From a virus, in IMG/VR virus record IMGVR_UViG_3300037245_001773, positions 8,209 to 72,208 of that record: a stretch of DNA of 64,000 bases. One strand, 5' to 3'. The first letter of the stretch is position 1. Every line of letters starts with the position of its first letter. The position numbers and the translations under genes were made by a program. A model generated the notes under the pieces. It saw only the letters and a list, made by a program, of their open reading frames with translations, was not told where the DNA came from and made no database searches. This document shows, piece after piece, positions 9,767 through 18,986 of this stretch.

Positions 9767-10189
9767 ATGAAAATTCTAATTTTAATTATTCTCTTCCCGG
9801 CAATCGCCAGCGCTCAATATTTTGAGCCGTTTACGACTCAGGATTACGTGCTGCAATCTATCTACACTGCTGTAACCGTAATTGACTGGGCACAAACTAA
9901 GGATTTCGTTTCCCAGGGAATTGAAGAAAGAAACATTATCTTAGGTAAATACCCCTCACAAGACAGAATAGATATTCTTATTTTTAGTGCCATCGTTGTG
10001 CATGGTTTGATTACTTACGCCCTTCCGAGAAAGTATCGTTTTTACTGGCAATCACCTTGGATTGTCACTGAATATGTTGCTGTTTGCTATACTAAGTATG
10101 ATATGGAATTGCATGGTTACAAATTAACAAAAAACCCACCTGGTAATTGTGAAGGTGCCCATAAAATAGAAATTATTATAAAATTTTAG
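9767..10189 (+). CDS. Signal-peptide/membrane protein convergent with the tail fibre (moron-like)
   Basis: Has its own promoter; signal peptide; D-W-x-Q-T...E-x-N-x-I-L-G-x-x-P-S motif; fills a gap with no minus-strand ORF. Confidence 0.8.
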   Translation: MKILILIILFPAIASAQYFEPFTTQDYVLQSIYTAVTVIDWAQTKDFVSQGIEERNIILGKYPSQDRIDILIFSAIVVHGLITYALPRKYRFYWQSPWIVTEYVAVCYTKYDMELHGYKLTKNPPGNCEGAHKIEIIIKF

Positions 10190-10205
10190 AAATTGATTAT
10201 TTATT

Positions 10206-11585
10206 TTATGCAGCGTACCATATAGTTACCCATCCACGGTTATAAGATGGATCATTAAAACTACCGTTATCTAACTGACCGCTTGTTAGTCTTAAAATAT
10301 CTACAGTAGTAGTGGTAATGTACCTAACCCAAACCTGCATTTCACCATTAGTTATAGATGAGGACCCACCAGCAGCATAATATATACTATCTTGATCATT
10401 TCTGATCAAAATATTAACACTTCTAATATTAGCAAGAGTCAGCCCATGTGGTACGGCAATGTTTCCAGTCGTATCCATGTTCCAATTACCGATATTAATG
10501 ATCTTACATTTCAATCCATTTGCAGCAACTCCTGCTTGATCTTTTACGCTGTCGACTTCATTAATAGCGTTGTTGTCTCCTGATATTGTTTTATTTGTAA
10601 GTGTTTCAGATCCTGCTTTAGTTGCAGCGGTCGCTTTGTCGTAAACATCAAGATTTGTTCGAGAAATTGCTTTACTAGCTACATCATTTAGGTTTTCACT
10701 TTTTTCCAATCTCTTGTTTGAATCAATATCTGCTAAAACTTCTGGAGTAAGCAACAAAGACCCTGAATCAGTCAAAACTTTCCCAATCGGCTCATAAAAA
10801 GTATAATCAGCCGGTAATGTCGGTGTAGTAGCACTCAATGAAAACAATCCTGCCTGCGTGTCTGTGGTAGGGTTGTATATCACGTATATATAATACAAAG
10901 TACTCGCTGCTACCGATCCCGTGTCAAGTCCATTTGCGCCCGATGTGGTTATATCAGCTGTTAGATTAACTGCATCCGCTCGGAATGTTTCACCATTTAC
11001 GTTTTGTATGGCTATGTTATCAGCGTCAATGTCGGTTTGAATATTTGGATTACCCGCGTTTTGAATAAGGATTAGGTTTTTCCAGATTCCGGGAATGGAT
11101 TCTGGGGCCAATGTTGTTGCTCGATTAATAAACCCATATTTACCGGACCCGGTTATCACTTTCCCGGTATCGCTGACATTTATATCAAAAAAACAATCAT
11201 CTCCAAATATCAAATCTTGTGAGGAATTATCAAGCGTAATACTTGGATCGGATATTACCTTTAATCGATCAATGGCTGATAAATCGAAGTCATTTGTTAA
11301 TGTGTCTAGTCCGATGATATAAACTCTGTCATCGTCATCCAATACCACTATGTTGTCGTCTTTGTCGCGTAGCGTTTGGTCTGATGATTGGTATTTTAAC
11401 GTACAATCATTTAAGGCTAATTGTGCAGCCGTCCCGATTACATGATCCTGCTGTATTTCGAATAGAGCTTGATTGAAATATTTATCAAATATTCCATTCC
11501 CACCGGACACGCCGGATCTTTTCAGCCCGGTCGGTACGGTGTCCCTTTGTTCTGGGTCTATCGCGAATAATTTTCTTCCACTCAT
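10206..11585 (-). CDS. Tail fibre / receptor-binding protein
   Basis: Follows the baseplate genes; GANGLDTGSVAASTLYYIYVI, NLNDVASKAISRTNL and ETLTNKTI fibre motifs. Confidence 0.8.
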   Translation of the reverse strand: MSGRKLFAIDPEQRDTVPTGLKRSGVSGGNGIFDKYFNQALFEIQQDHVIGTAAQLALNDCTLKYQSSDQTLRDKDDNIVVLDDDDRVYIIGLDTLTNDFDLSAIDRLKVISDPSITLDNSSQDLIFGDDCFFDINVSDTGKVITGSGKYGFINRATTLAPESIPGIWKNLILIQNAGNPNIQTDIDADNIAIQNVNGETFRADAVNLTADITTSGANGLDTGSVAASTLYYIYVIYNPTTDTQAGLFSLSATTPTLPADYTFYEPIGKVLTDSGSLLLTPEVLADIDSNKRLEKSENLNDVASKAISRTNLDVYDKATAATKAGSETLTNKTISGDNNAINEVDSVKDQAGVAANGLKCKIINIGNWNMDTTGNIAVPHGLTLANIRSVNILIRNDQDSIYYAAGGSSSITNGEMQVWVRYITTTTVDILRLTSGQLDNGSFNDPSYNRGWVTIWYAA

Positions 11586-11586
11586 A

Positions 11587-12192
11587 TTAACTTATGTGTT
11601 TGATAAATTTACCGCCGTCGCTGCCGTCTGACAATGTTGCAAATCCTGAGCCAACAGGCACGCCACCATCAGCAGACGTTGAAAATAGAAATACAGGGGT
11701 GTCTTGTAACCCAATATCTAATCGTACCCCCTGAGCCCTGATTGATTGCATCTCTCTGTCTATTTCTTCCTCGTTGGTTACGTCGTCTATTTCGTCTACA
11801 ATTGCATACAGTGCAAGCGCTCGTGGGTAAAAAAATTCATGGTCAACTCTTGACGCTCCTGACAAGTTTGTCAATGCCTGGATTAATACTTCGTGTTGTC
11901 CTGCCTTCCTTAATTTTGCTGGAAGAATTTGCAAAAAAGACCTGTACTGGTCATCTGTTCTGTTGTTCCTGTCTCCTTGATCTCCGAAAAATTCCCCGAG
12001 TCCGTCTAACTGAACGCCGTCAGCGGTGGATATGGCACGCTCATTAATCATCTGATTCAGAACGTCCTCAAGTATCTGGATTCTGTTGGCACGTATCTTG
12101 ATTACTTTGTCGATGTTGGTTTTATTTTTAAACCGCTTGACCATCCTGGCTTGTGCGGCTTCGACATTATCTGTTATGGGTTCAAATGTCAT
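11587..12192 (-). CDS. Baseplate wedge protein (DUF2612-like)
   Basis: TADGVQLDGLGEFFG...R-x-D-D-Q-Y-R; lies after baseplate J. Confidence 0.75.
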   Translation of the reverse strand: MTFEPITDNVEAAQARMVKRFKNKTNIDKVIKIRANRIQILEDVLNQMINERAISTADGVQLDGLGEFFGDQGDRNNRTDDQYRSFLQILPAKLRKAGQHEVLIQALTNLSGASRVDHEFFYPRALALYAIVDEIDDVTNEEEIDREMQSIRAQGVRLDIGLQDTPVFLFSTSADGGVPVGSGFATLSDGSDGGKFIKHIS

Positions 12193-13586
12193 GTGCTAAT
12201 TACCCCCACGTCAGGCGTATCAATATTTGCAAAATCAGTAGGGTCAATAACTATCGGGGCCGTGTTTGACGGTGAAGCAGATGTATCGAATTTAAGTGAT
12301 GTTATTGTAATTATGCCGGGTACAAGAGCCGTTATTGACCCTTTTAAAAATTCAGGCCATAAATCTTGACCTGGATCGAATTCAATTAACGCAAGTGCGG
12401 CTTTGACTTGATCGTCACCTGTGGCAGGATATACTGGACCTTGAAATATATCTGTATTTGTCGTCAACTCAACGTCAACCCACGTTCTAAGCTCTGTCAG
12501 TCTTGAGAATTTTATTGTAACGTCGTTACCCTGCGAATCTGTGACAATCTCAGTGACGTTCCCGAATGTTTGAATCCCCGAAGAAACGGCATTAAATACA
12601 CCTTCCGCCACGTCCTCATCTGTCCCTCCGGACGCAAAACATTCGACGGTGCCGGGTTCGCGTCCTTCTGAATCTACAATATTTGATGTATTTTCAAATA
12701 CAGAGGCGGCTGTAACTCCTGACACTTCCAAAAGTATAGCAATGATTGCCTCTCTAAACCCACCGCCTGCAATACTAACCGTTTCGTCAACTCTTTCTCT
12801 TACCTCTGGGTCCGTCTCTGCATCAACTCCAAGTACCGCGTCGTCTGCATTTTCGGCGGCCACTACTCCAGGGACTGAACCCGATATATTTCTGAGTGTT
12901 CCAGCAAGTGCTATGACCGGGCCTGTCTCTTGAGCTTCGAAAGGTATTGGTGTTGCTTCATGGGCGTTTATTGAACCAGTTGCAGGGCTGACAGCTCCGG
13001 AGTCAACCACATAGTCAAACGTGGTCCCGGTTACTCCTGATATTTCGGTTAGGATATTGTATTCTGATTGATCAGCGCCTTCAATAAATACAAACGATCC
13101 ATCTATATATGAATGACCACCTGATATTGTGACCGTCGCGAGACCTACTGATTGCGTGATGCTGGTTACAGATTCGGTTCCAATACTTCCGAGTGTTGCG
13201 GCTGCCGGGTTCTGGAATATGGCGGTTGTTTCATCAACCGTCACCTTTAACGCCTCGGCCGCAATAGCCTGGTTTACTGTTCCCCTGACGTACTCTGTGA
13301 CGGTTGAATTCGTGGCGACTTGTCTTGAGTGTCCGGTTATTTCGAGATTAAAATCGAGATTGATACCTTGAGACGTGCTTCGAAAACCGGATGAGTAACA
13401 GAATTGAATAGCCTCTTGGAGTAACGCCTCGCGCTCAGCGTATACACCTATCTCCTTGCCAGCCAGTGCATTATCAGCAACATTAAAAGAAGCCCCGAGC
13501 TCGTCCCTATAGTCCTGTTCAACCTCTAATTTTATCTCTTCTAAGCTCTGAACAGATAATCCGGTTTCGTCAAATTCAATTGGCAT
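12189..13586 (-). CDS. Baseplate J/gp47-like protein with an inserted beta domain
   Basis: GINLD, GVDAETDPEVRER and VSGVTAASVFEN motifs. Confidence 0.9.
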   Translation of the reverse strand: MPIEFDETGLSVQSLEEIKLEVEQDYRDELGASFNVADNALAGKEIGVYAEREALLQEAIQFCYSSGFRSTSQGINLDFNLEITGHSRQVATNSTVTEYVRGTVNQAIAAEALKVTVDETTAIFQNPAAATLGSIGTESVTSITQSVGLATVTISGGHSYIDGSFVFIEGADQSEYNILTEISGVTGTTFDYVVDSGAVSPATGSINAHEATPIPFEAQETGPVIALAGTLRNISGSVPGVVAAENADDAVLGVDAETDPEVRERVDETVSIAGGGFREAIIAILLEVSGVTAASVFENTSNIVDSEGREPGTVECFASGGTDEDVAEGVFNAVSSGIQTFGNVTEIVTDSQGNDVTIKFSRLTELRTWVDVELTTNTDIFQGPVYPATGDDQVKAALALIEFDPGQDLWPEFLKGSITALVPGIITITSLKFDTSASPSNTAPIVIDPTDFANIDTPDVGVIST

Positions 13587-13951
13587 TATAGTGTAACCTC
13601 AAGTTCAATCACTCCAAATTCTGTAAGTGCTTCGATATCTACGACTAATTCTGTTTGACCCAGATCAAGTTCGAATTTGTTCAATGAAATAACTCCTAAC
13701 GTATTTTCTGATGCTGCGATTAATTGTCCTTCTTGAGCCGTGGTTATTGTTTTGGCTCCCATTATTCCGGCGTCATTATCGAAAAACAGTATGCCCTCAT
13801 CGAAATTCAGAAACCAATCTTTTTTTGATAGCTTGAGATTTGTTTCCATCTGCTGTTTAATGACTTCGGCATCTTCGACAATGACGAATGAACCGTTTTC
13901 AATGGCTCTATCCCCGCTTGCATCAAGTTTGTAATCGGTATATGTTGCCAT
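13586..13951 (-). CDS. Baseplate sheath-initiator (gp25/gp46-like)
   Basis: KQQMETNLKLSKKDWFLNFDEGI...TEFG. Confidence 0.7.
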   Translation of the reverse strand: MATYTDYKLDASGDRAIENGSFVIVEDAEVIKQQMETNLKLSKKDWFLNFDEGILFFDNDAGIMGAKTITTAQEGQLIAASENTLGVISLNKFELDLGQTELVVDIEALTEFGVIELEVTL

Positions 13952-14646
13952 TAGTTTATCAGCGTAGCAAGTTTTTGGGCGATTGCCTCGTTATCTGTTT
14001 TCATCGTCGCTAAATCAGTCAATATTTTACTGTTTGTTCCTGTCGAAGCTGTACCAGGATTATCAACGCTACCACTTAACTTGTCTATCAATGTGTTTTG
14101 AACTGTTAGCAAATCTTGTATTAGTGTCGGTATGTCAGCCGTCTCTGACCCTATTTCAAGTTTCGTGCCAGACATTACTTTTATTTCTGCCGTGTCGTCT
14201 TTCGGCGGACTTGTCCATGCCATCAAGTCAGGATACAGCCCTAAAACCGCAACGGCGTCTGCATAATAAAACTTTCTTCCGTCAGTGGGAAGGACATTGC
14301 CTCCGGTCTTTTTCCAGTTGGCTAGATAGTTATTTGAAATTATCAGCCCGACCCACGACCCAATTAACGATTTATCATCCGTTGGTGGCCTGATAATAAA
14401 TGTGTTTGTCCGTCCAACCATCATCAAAGGGATACTTTGTATCGCCCTTGGTTTGGCTAGATTCGTTTCCGGGTCAATCTGCAAGAAAGCTGAAACAACA
14501 TCAACCACAACCGTGTTAGGGTTTACAGGTGATCTTTTAACCTTCGATATCGTAGCAGGGAAGAACGTTGACACTTCATTAAAAAGAACACGCTGAACGA
14601 CTGATTCAATCGCATCCTCCATGCTCTCTGAGTTTTCTTGTGTCAC
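13951..14646 (-). CDS. Baseplate central spike (Gp138/gpV-like)
   Basis: PATI, R-K-F-x-x-A-D-A-V-A-x-x-G motif; gene position. Confidence 0.7.
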   Translation of the reverse strand: MTQENSESMEDAIESVVQRVLFNEVSTFFPATISKVKRSPVNPNTVVVDVVSAFLQIDPETNLAKPRAIQSIPLMMVGRTNTFIIRPPTDDKSLIGSWVGLIISNNYLANWKKTGGNVLPTDGRKFYYADAVAVLGLYPDLMAWTSPPKDDTAEIKVMSGTKLEIGSETADIPTLIQDLLTVQNTLIDKLSGSVDNPGTASTGTNSKILTDLATMKTDNEAIAQKLATLIN

Positions 14647-15587
14647 CCTGTAACCTGTTTTAATAAATCAATAAACTTTGTTGTCACGCTAGTTTTAAAT
14701 TCTCCCTCCCTGTTATCGCCTGAATGGATAATTTTACTAGACACCGTTATTCCTGATCTCTCAATACCAGCCGCCCCGCCGCTTGCAATTGCCAACCTGT
14801 CTGTCGTTGTTGATATCACTTTTACCGGATCATTTATTCTATATGTGGCATCGAGTCTGGTCTCATATTCAAGTCCACTAGTAGTTGCCCTCGGTGCGCC
14901 GATAAGACCATTTATTTCTGATACAATCTTTGTTTCTCTGCCTTTCGTCGGAAGTCCTAGCGGGTCAAATGATACTCCAGCATCATCCCAATAGACAACT
15001 ATTCTACGTGGTAACCCTTTACTGAATGCTGTCAGAATTGAATCAAGCGTTCCTTCAATGAGTTCATCTTCGTCATAAACAGCACCCGCTAAGTTGGTTC
15101 TTAGGGCTGTGTCTTGTCCGGATTCGATAATTCCACCGGCCTGTCTTATTATTGATAGTACAGCATCTGCCTTGGATTGTCCAGCCGCGGCTTGATATGT
15201 TATCGGCCTACGCATTAATTCATAATAAATATTTCTACACTCAACCCTTGTTATATAATCAGGGGCTTCGAACGTGGTTAAGGCTTGGACCACAACACCT
15301 GAGTACATTTGTTTGGGACCGTCTTCAATAAACCCGCCCTTGATTGTAACCTGTGGACCGAATTGGGTTGCGAAAGGATCGAATTTAAAATCAATTGCCC
15401 CGGAGTGTTCTTCGCTCAGATTATATATTTCAAGTGATGCGCTGTTTGGTTCGCTGGAAACCTGCTTTTCGACTTGGAACTTTACAAATATTTGAGGCTG
15501 GAATAAAGCGAAAGCGAGTTCATTTATTGTAAATGGTGCTGAATCTTTTGGGTTGAATGTTACTTCTAAATGCCTGGTACGTGTCAT
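14643..15587 (-). CDS. Baseplate hub protein
   Basis: FQVEK...PNSASLEIYNLS, GLIGAP and HSGDNR motifs. Confidence 0.8.
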   Translation of the reverse strand: MTRTRHLEVTFNPKDSAPFTINELAFALFQPQIFVKFQVEKQVSSEPNSASLEIYNLSEEHSGAIDFKFDPFATQFGPQVTIKGGFIEDGPKQMYSGVVVQALTTFEAPDYITRVECRNIYYELMRRPITYQAAAGQSKADAVLSIIRQAGGIIESGQDTALRTNLAGAVYDEDELIEGTLDSILTAFSKGLPRRIVVYWDDAGVSFDPLGLPTKGRETKIVSEINGLIGAPRATTSGLEYETRLDATYRINDPVKVISTTTDRLAIASGGAAGIERSGITVSSKIIHSGDNREGEFKTSVTTKFIDLLKQVTG

Positions 15588-15787
15588 GTTACAGAACCCG
15601 TGCCCGTCCCGTTTATAGTGTCAGGCGTCGTTACCACGGTTGCCACGGTACCACCTTTCACATATGTATCAATGGCATCTGCTATAGCATTGGCGACTGT
15701 TGTGTCTGCCGGCTGTAACCCTTGCCCGTGTGCCGCTGCGAATGCGTTAGCTATCGCTGTTCCGAGTGCTGCTTTATTAAGTGCCAT
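15584..15787 (-). CDS. Small Ala/Thr-rich baseplate-associated protein
   Basis: MALNKAAL...IADAIDTYVKGGTV...GTGTGSVT; coupled to both neighbours. Confidence 0.6.
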   Translation of the reverse strand: MALNKAALGTAIANAFAAAHGQGLQPADTTVANAIADAIDTYVKGGTVATVVTTPDTINGTGTGSVT

Positions 15788-16100
15788 TTGATTCTGTATA
15801 GTTAAAGGTTATCCGTCCGCCAAACGTGTTTCGGGTGGGGTCACGGTTAAGTCCGTCAAAATCAAATAGTCTCAGTTCGCCCGGGGGAACTGCTAAATGG
15901 TGAAGCTGTTGGATCATATCAACACCGTTTTGAACAGTTATTCCTCTTGCCGCTTCCCCGATACTCAAAATGAATCTGTCCGGTCTTGACAAAAATTGAA
16001 CCGTGAAAGTGTAAGTCACATCTTCAAGGGTCTTTTGGAATGACCGATAAAACTTTCTGTCTTCTGAGAAGTTGGGCAGGTTAAATAATATATCGGCCAT
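15777..16100 (-). CDS. Baseplate plug-like protein
   Basis: Size and position between the Dit-like and hub genes. Confidence 0.6.
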   Translation of the reverse strand: MADILFNLPNFSEDRKFYRSFQKTLEDVTYTFTVQFLSRPDRFILSIGEAARGITVQNGVDMIQQLHHLAVPPGELRLFDFDGLNRDPTRNTFGGRITFNYTESNGT

Positions 16101-16606
16101 TAAATAACCCCAATCGGAATAACACTGGTTGCTGAATGTGCAATACTTGAGTCAACTAAAAGAGCCGCCGCCAATGCAGCAAGACCCAAATCAGTCAATT
16201 GAACCTCAACGAATTTGATAGTTATTTTAATCGATTTACCGTCTGATGGTTGCTTGCTCGGATTAAGTTCCTGGATATGCATATTGATATATGATCTTAG
16301 ACCGAGAACAAGAATCAATGAGACCTTGAGTTTCTGCCATATTCTTAACTGAGCATATATAACACGGTGCCGACCTTCAAAGCTACTAACCCCGTCTTGT
16401 AGTGGGGTATCAGTTACCAATATATTCAACTCTACTTCGTCCGGTTGTTCCTGTGCATGGTCTGATCCAAATCTACCAGACTCAACGGGGTAACGAGTAT
16501 ACCTGACAACAGAACTATGATTTTCTGAGTTTAAAGAATCAATCAAAATAGGGATCCCGGGCCCTATGATTATTGACCTCTTTCCAGTTCCTCTTGTGAA
16601 ACTCAT
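16100..16606 (-). CDS. Dit-like tail-tube initiator
   Basis: ENHSS...TRYPVESG...SDHAQEQP motif; follows the TMP. Confidence 0.75.
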   Translation of the reverse strand: MSFTRGTGKRSIIIGPGIPILIDSLNSENHSSVVRYTRYPVESGRFGSDHAQEQPDEVELNILVTDTPLQDGVSSFEGRHRVIYAQLRIWQKLKVSLILVLGLRSYINMHIQELNPSKQPSDGKSIKITIKFVEVQLTDLGLAALAAALLVDSSIAHSATSVIPIGVI

Positions 16607-17922
16607 TTACTAACCGCTGGCTGTACTGTTGTGTTAAGTGCTTGAGGGGTTTCTCTTCTCTGACTGTTTTTAATTATCCGGCTTGCCATTTTTGATTCGA
16701 CGGCTCGGGCTGTTTCTTCAGGGTTTTTCGCCTCGGTTATATTAAACGTTGTGTTGTTTGTCGTGTCACCTTGCTTGTTTGTTGTGTTGACCTGACTTTG
16801 TTTTGTGCTTCCCACAGCCGCGCCGAGTAATCCGGCGTTAGGGTCTCCGAATATATTTCTTAAAAAGCCCTGCTTAATTCCGAAGAACCCCTTGTCGTCC
16901 TTTTCTTTTTCGTCCTTTTTTTTAATAATATTCCCGGCCTCGTCAAAGTCTAGTTCGCCACTAAACCCTGACACAAATTTAACAAACTTAAGCAACGCCT
17001 CCCCTACTGATTCACCGGATTCTATGTCTTTCTTGAATTTGTCTATTACCCCGGTTATTTCTTGCGCGGCCTTGTTTATTCCTGGGTTTAATTTTTCACC
17101 AAGGACAACGACCGTATCCTCTGTAACGGTTGACAATCTATCAAGTGTTGCCTGACTTCTTTTAAGTACTTTAGCGAAGTTAACGTCTAGTTTTTCCTCC
17201 CCTTTGGAAATCTTCCCGCTAAGAAGTGACTTTCTAGTTTCTAATCCTTGCTGTGAAAAGTCAGTGCTTGCTTTTTTTAATGCGTCTATTTCTTCTACTT
17301 TGAAAAATTCAAACGCTACAAGTTCGTCAAGGTTGGCACCTGTTTTTATAAACGTTGAAAATGCCCTTTGAACTTCGTCTACGTCTTTTCCCAGAACCTT
17401 TGACAATTTTATGACAGTTTCAAAGTTATCTATGACAAAGTCAATATCCCCTGTCATGTTCGCGCCTATGTTTATAGCATTAAGCGCGTCCAGTTCTGAC
17501 ACAAGGTTCCCGGTTTTCTCTCTTATATCGTCAATTCTTTTTAGGGTGTCCTCTATATTGTCTTCTCCTACCCTGAACTCAATAACCCCTCTAGCCCCTT
17601 CAATAGTTGCGAACCCGGTAAAAATTTTAGTTGCGGCGGCTACCCCTGCGGCTATTGCAACGGCTACGACTGCCAGCGCTTTCTTTGCAACGCTTGCCAT
17701 TCTCCCTGTCGCGGCCTTGAATTTTGAACCGAAATCTTTCTCGAACTTATTGAAATTTGGCTTTCCCAGCAAGTCTCTAATTTTTAGCTTACTTTTCTTG
17801 CTTCCTCCTATCCTATCTAGGCTTTCCTTGAGACGTTTAAACCTGGACTTGAATACATCGGCCCCGGTCGTATCAACGTCATACCCTAATTTTACTGTCA
17901 GACTTCTGATTGATTCACCCAT
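16603..17922 (-). CDS. Tape measure protein (short, 439 aa)
   Basis: IRSLTVKLGYDVD N-terminus, helical, hydrophobic Ala-rich segment; follows the chaperone. Confidence 0.8.
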   Translation of the reverse strand: MGESIRSLTVKLGYDVDTTGADVFKSRFKRLKESLDRIGGSKKSKLKIRDLLGKPNFNKFEKDFGSKFKAATGRMASVAKKALAVVAVAIAAGVAAATKIFTGFATIEGARGVIEFRVGEDNIEDTLKRIDDIREKTGNLVSELDALNAINIGANMTGDIDFVIDNFETVIKLSKVLGKDVDEVQRAFSTFIKTGANLDELVAFEFFKVEEIDALKKASTDFSQQGLETRKSLLSGKISKGEEKLDVNFAKVLKRSQATLDRLSTVTEDTVVVLGEKLNPGINKAAQEITGVIDKFKKDIESGESVGEALLKFVKFVSGFSGELDFDEAGNIIKKKDEKEKDDKGFFGIKQGFLRNIFGDPNAGLLGAAVGSTKQSQVNTTNKQGDTTNNTTFNITEAKNPEETARAVESKMASRIIKNSQRRETPQALNTTVQPAVSK

Positions 17923-18186
17923 TTTTAAGAAGGTCCTCTAATTCCTGTTTTTCTTCGTATGCTTTCTGTGCTTTGTGTGAATTTATGGCTTTGAGGTCTT
18001 CAACGTAGATCATTTCTAGCAAGTCGGTATAGGTCCATGATTCGATGATATTTTTTCTTGAGTCGTACCCTTCCATTACGGCGTGCCATTGGAGACTTTT
18101 TGTTTCGCCTAACTCGCTTGGTTCTCCAGTTTCTCCACTATCAAAGAGATCCTGGTGATTATTCCGGTTGATACCAATTTTTTTTT
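17915..18186 (-). CDS. -1 frameshift extension of the tail assembly chaperone (gpGT-like)
   Basis: A9 run at 18178-18186; the -1 frame is open for about 87 codons to TGA 17915, overlapping the TMP start. Confidence 0.75.
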
Positions 18187-18546
18187 AATGTCATTAATCA
18201 CCTTGCCGAAATTGTGTTCCATAATCCAGGCAACTAAGCTTACTTGATGGTGATAATTTTCTGTGAATGCCGTGTCGTAATCGTCATATTTTTCCATAAC
18301 AGGAAATCTTATCCCGGACATGATAATGTCACGCAAAAGATGAGCTCCTTTTTCTGGTTCGAGTCTGTCTAAAAGTCCTGTTACCATTTTTCCATAGTTC
18401 ATTTCTGAGTCAATATCTTTTATGCCTTCCCCGACCCCGGTCGCTATATGTTTTAATTGAAGCGCTATTATTGACCTCTGGGTGGCCGGCATCTCAACGA
18501 TTTCATAATTAACACCGTCAATGCTTTTTGGTAGAATGTTAGCCAT
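18109..18546 (-). CDS. Tail assembly chaperone (gpG-like)
   Basis: Between tube and TMP; slippery site near the 3' end. Confidence 0.8.
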   Translation of the reverse strand: MANILPKSIDGVNYEIVEMPATQRSIIALQLKHIATGVGEGIKDIDSEMNYGKMVTGLLDRLEPEKGAHLLRDIIMSGIRFPVMEKYDDYDTAFTENYHHQVSLVAWIMEHNFGKVINDIKKKLVSTGIITRISLIVEKLENQAS

Positions 18547-18977
18547 TAGACAGCCAAGCCCCCGCCCACGATACCTTTATAATCGTCGACCCATATCCGC
18601 CACGCCCTGTCTGTGACTGTATCGGCCACCGTGATATCTGCGTATTTCATGATACTGGCCCCGGATCCACTGCCCTCAGTGTCACCACGGAGATCGCGAA
18701 AAGAAACATCTTTTGTATTGTTTCCAGTATTGAGGTCTTCCGCATGGATGTCTGACAAGAACTTATTTGACTTTGAGTACATCGCCAGTGTGACCGTAAT
18801 AATCACAGACCTGTCGTTTGACATTACCCTAGCGCCCTCTCCATCGTTTCCTTTGTAGTAGGTAAAGGCGTCCTGATTGTAAACAATGCCTATCTGGGTC
18901 CCCTTCGTGTATCCACCTACCAAGTGATCACCGAAAACAAAAGGATTCTCTGCAGGGTTGATTGTGCTTTGTGTCAT
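18546..18977 (-). CDS. Tail tube protein (DUF3277-like)
   Basis: GNDGEGAR, ITVTLAMYSKSNKFL and RAWRI motifs; follows the sheath. Confidence 0.8.
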   Translation of the reverse strand: MTQSTINPAENPFVFGDHLVGGYTKGTQIGIVYNQDAFTYYKGNDGEGARVMSNDRSVIITVTLAMYSKSNKFLSDIHAEDLNTGNNTKDVSFRDLRGDTEGSGSGASIMKYADITVADTVTDRAWRIWVDDYKGIVGGGLAV

Positions 18978-18986
18978 TTATTCTCC

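Noticed and set aside
10206-11585. Diversity-generating retroelement or invertible tail-fibre cassette
   Set aside because: No reverse transcriptase, invertase or duplicated fibre 3' template was seen in the window
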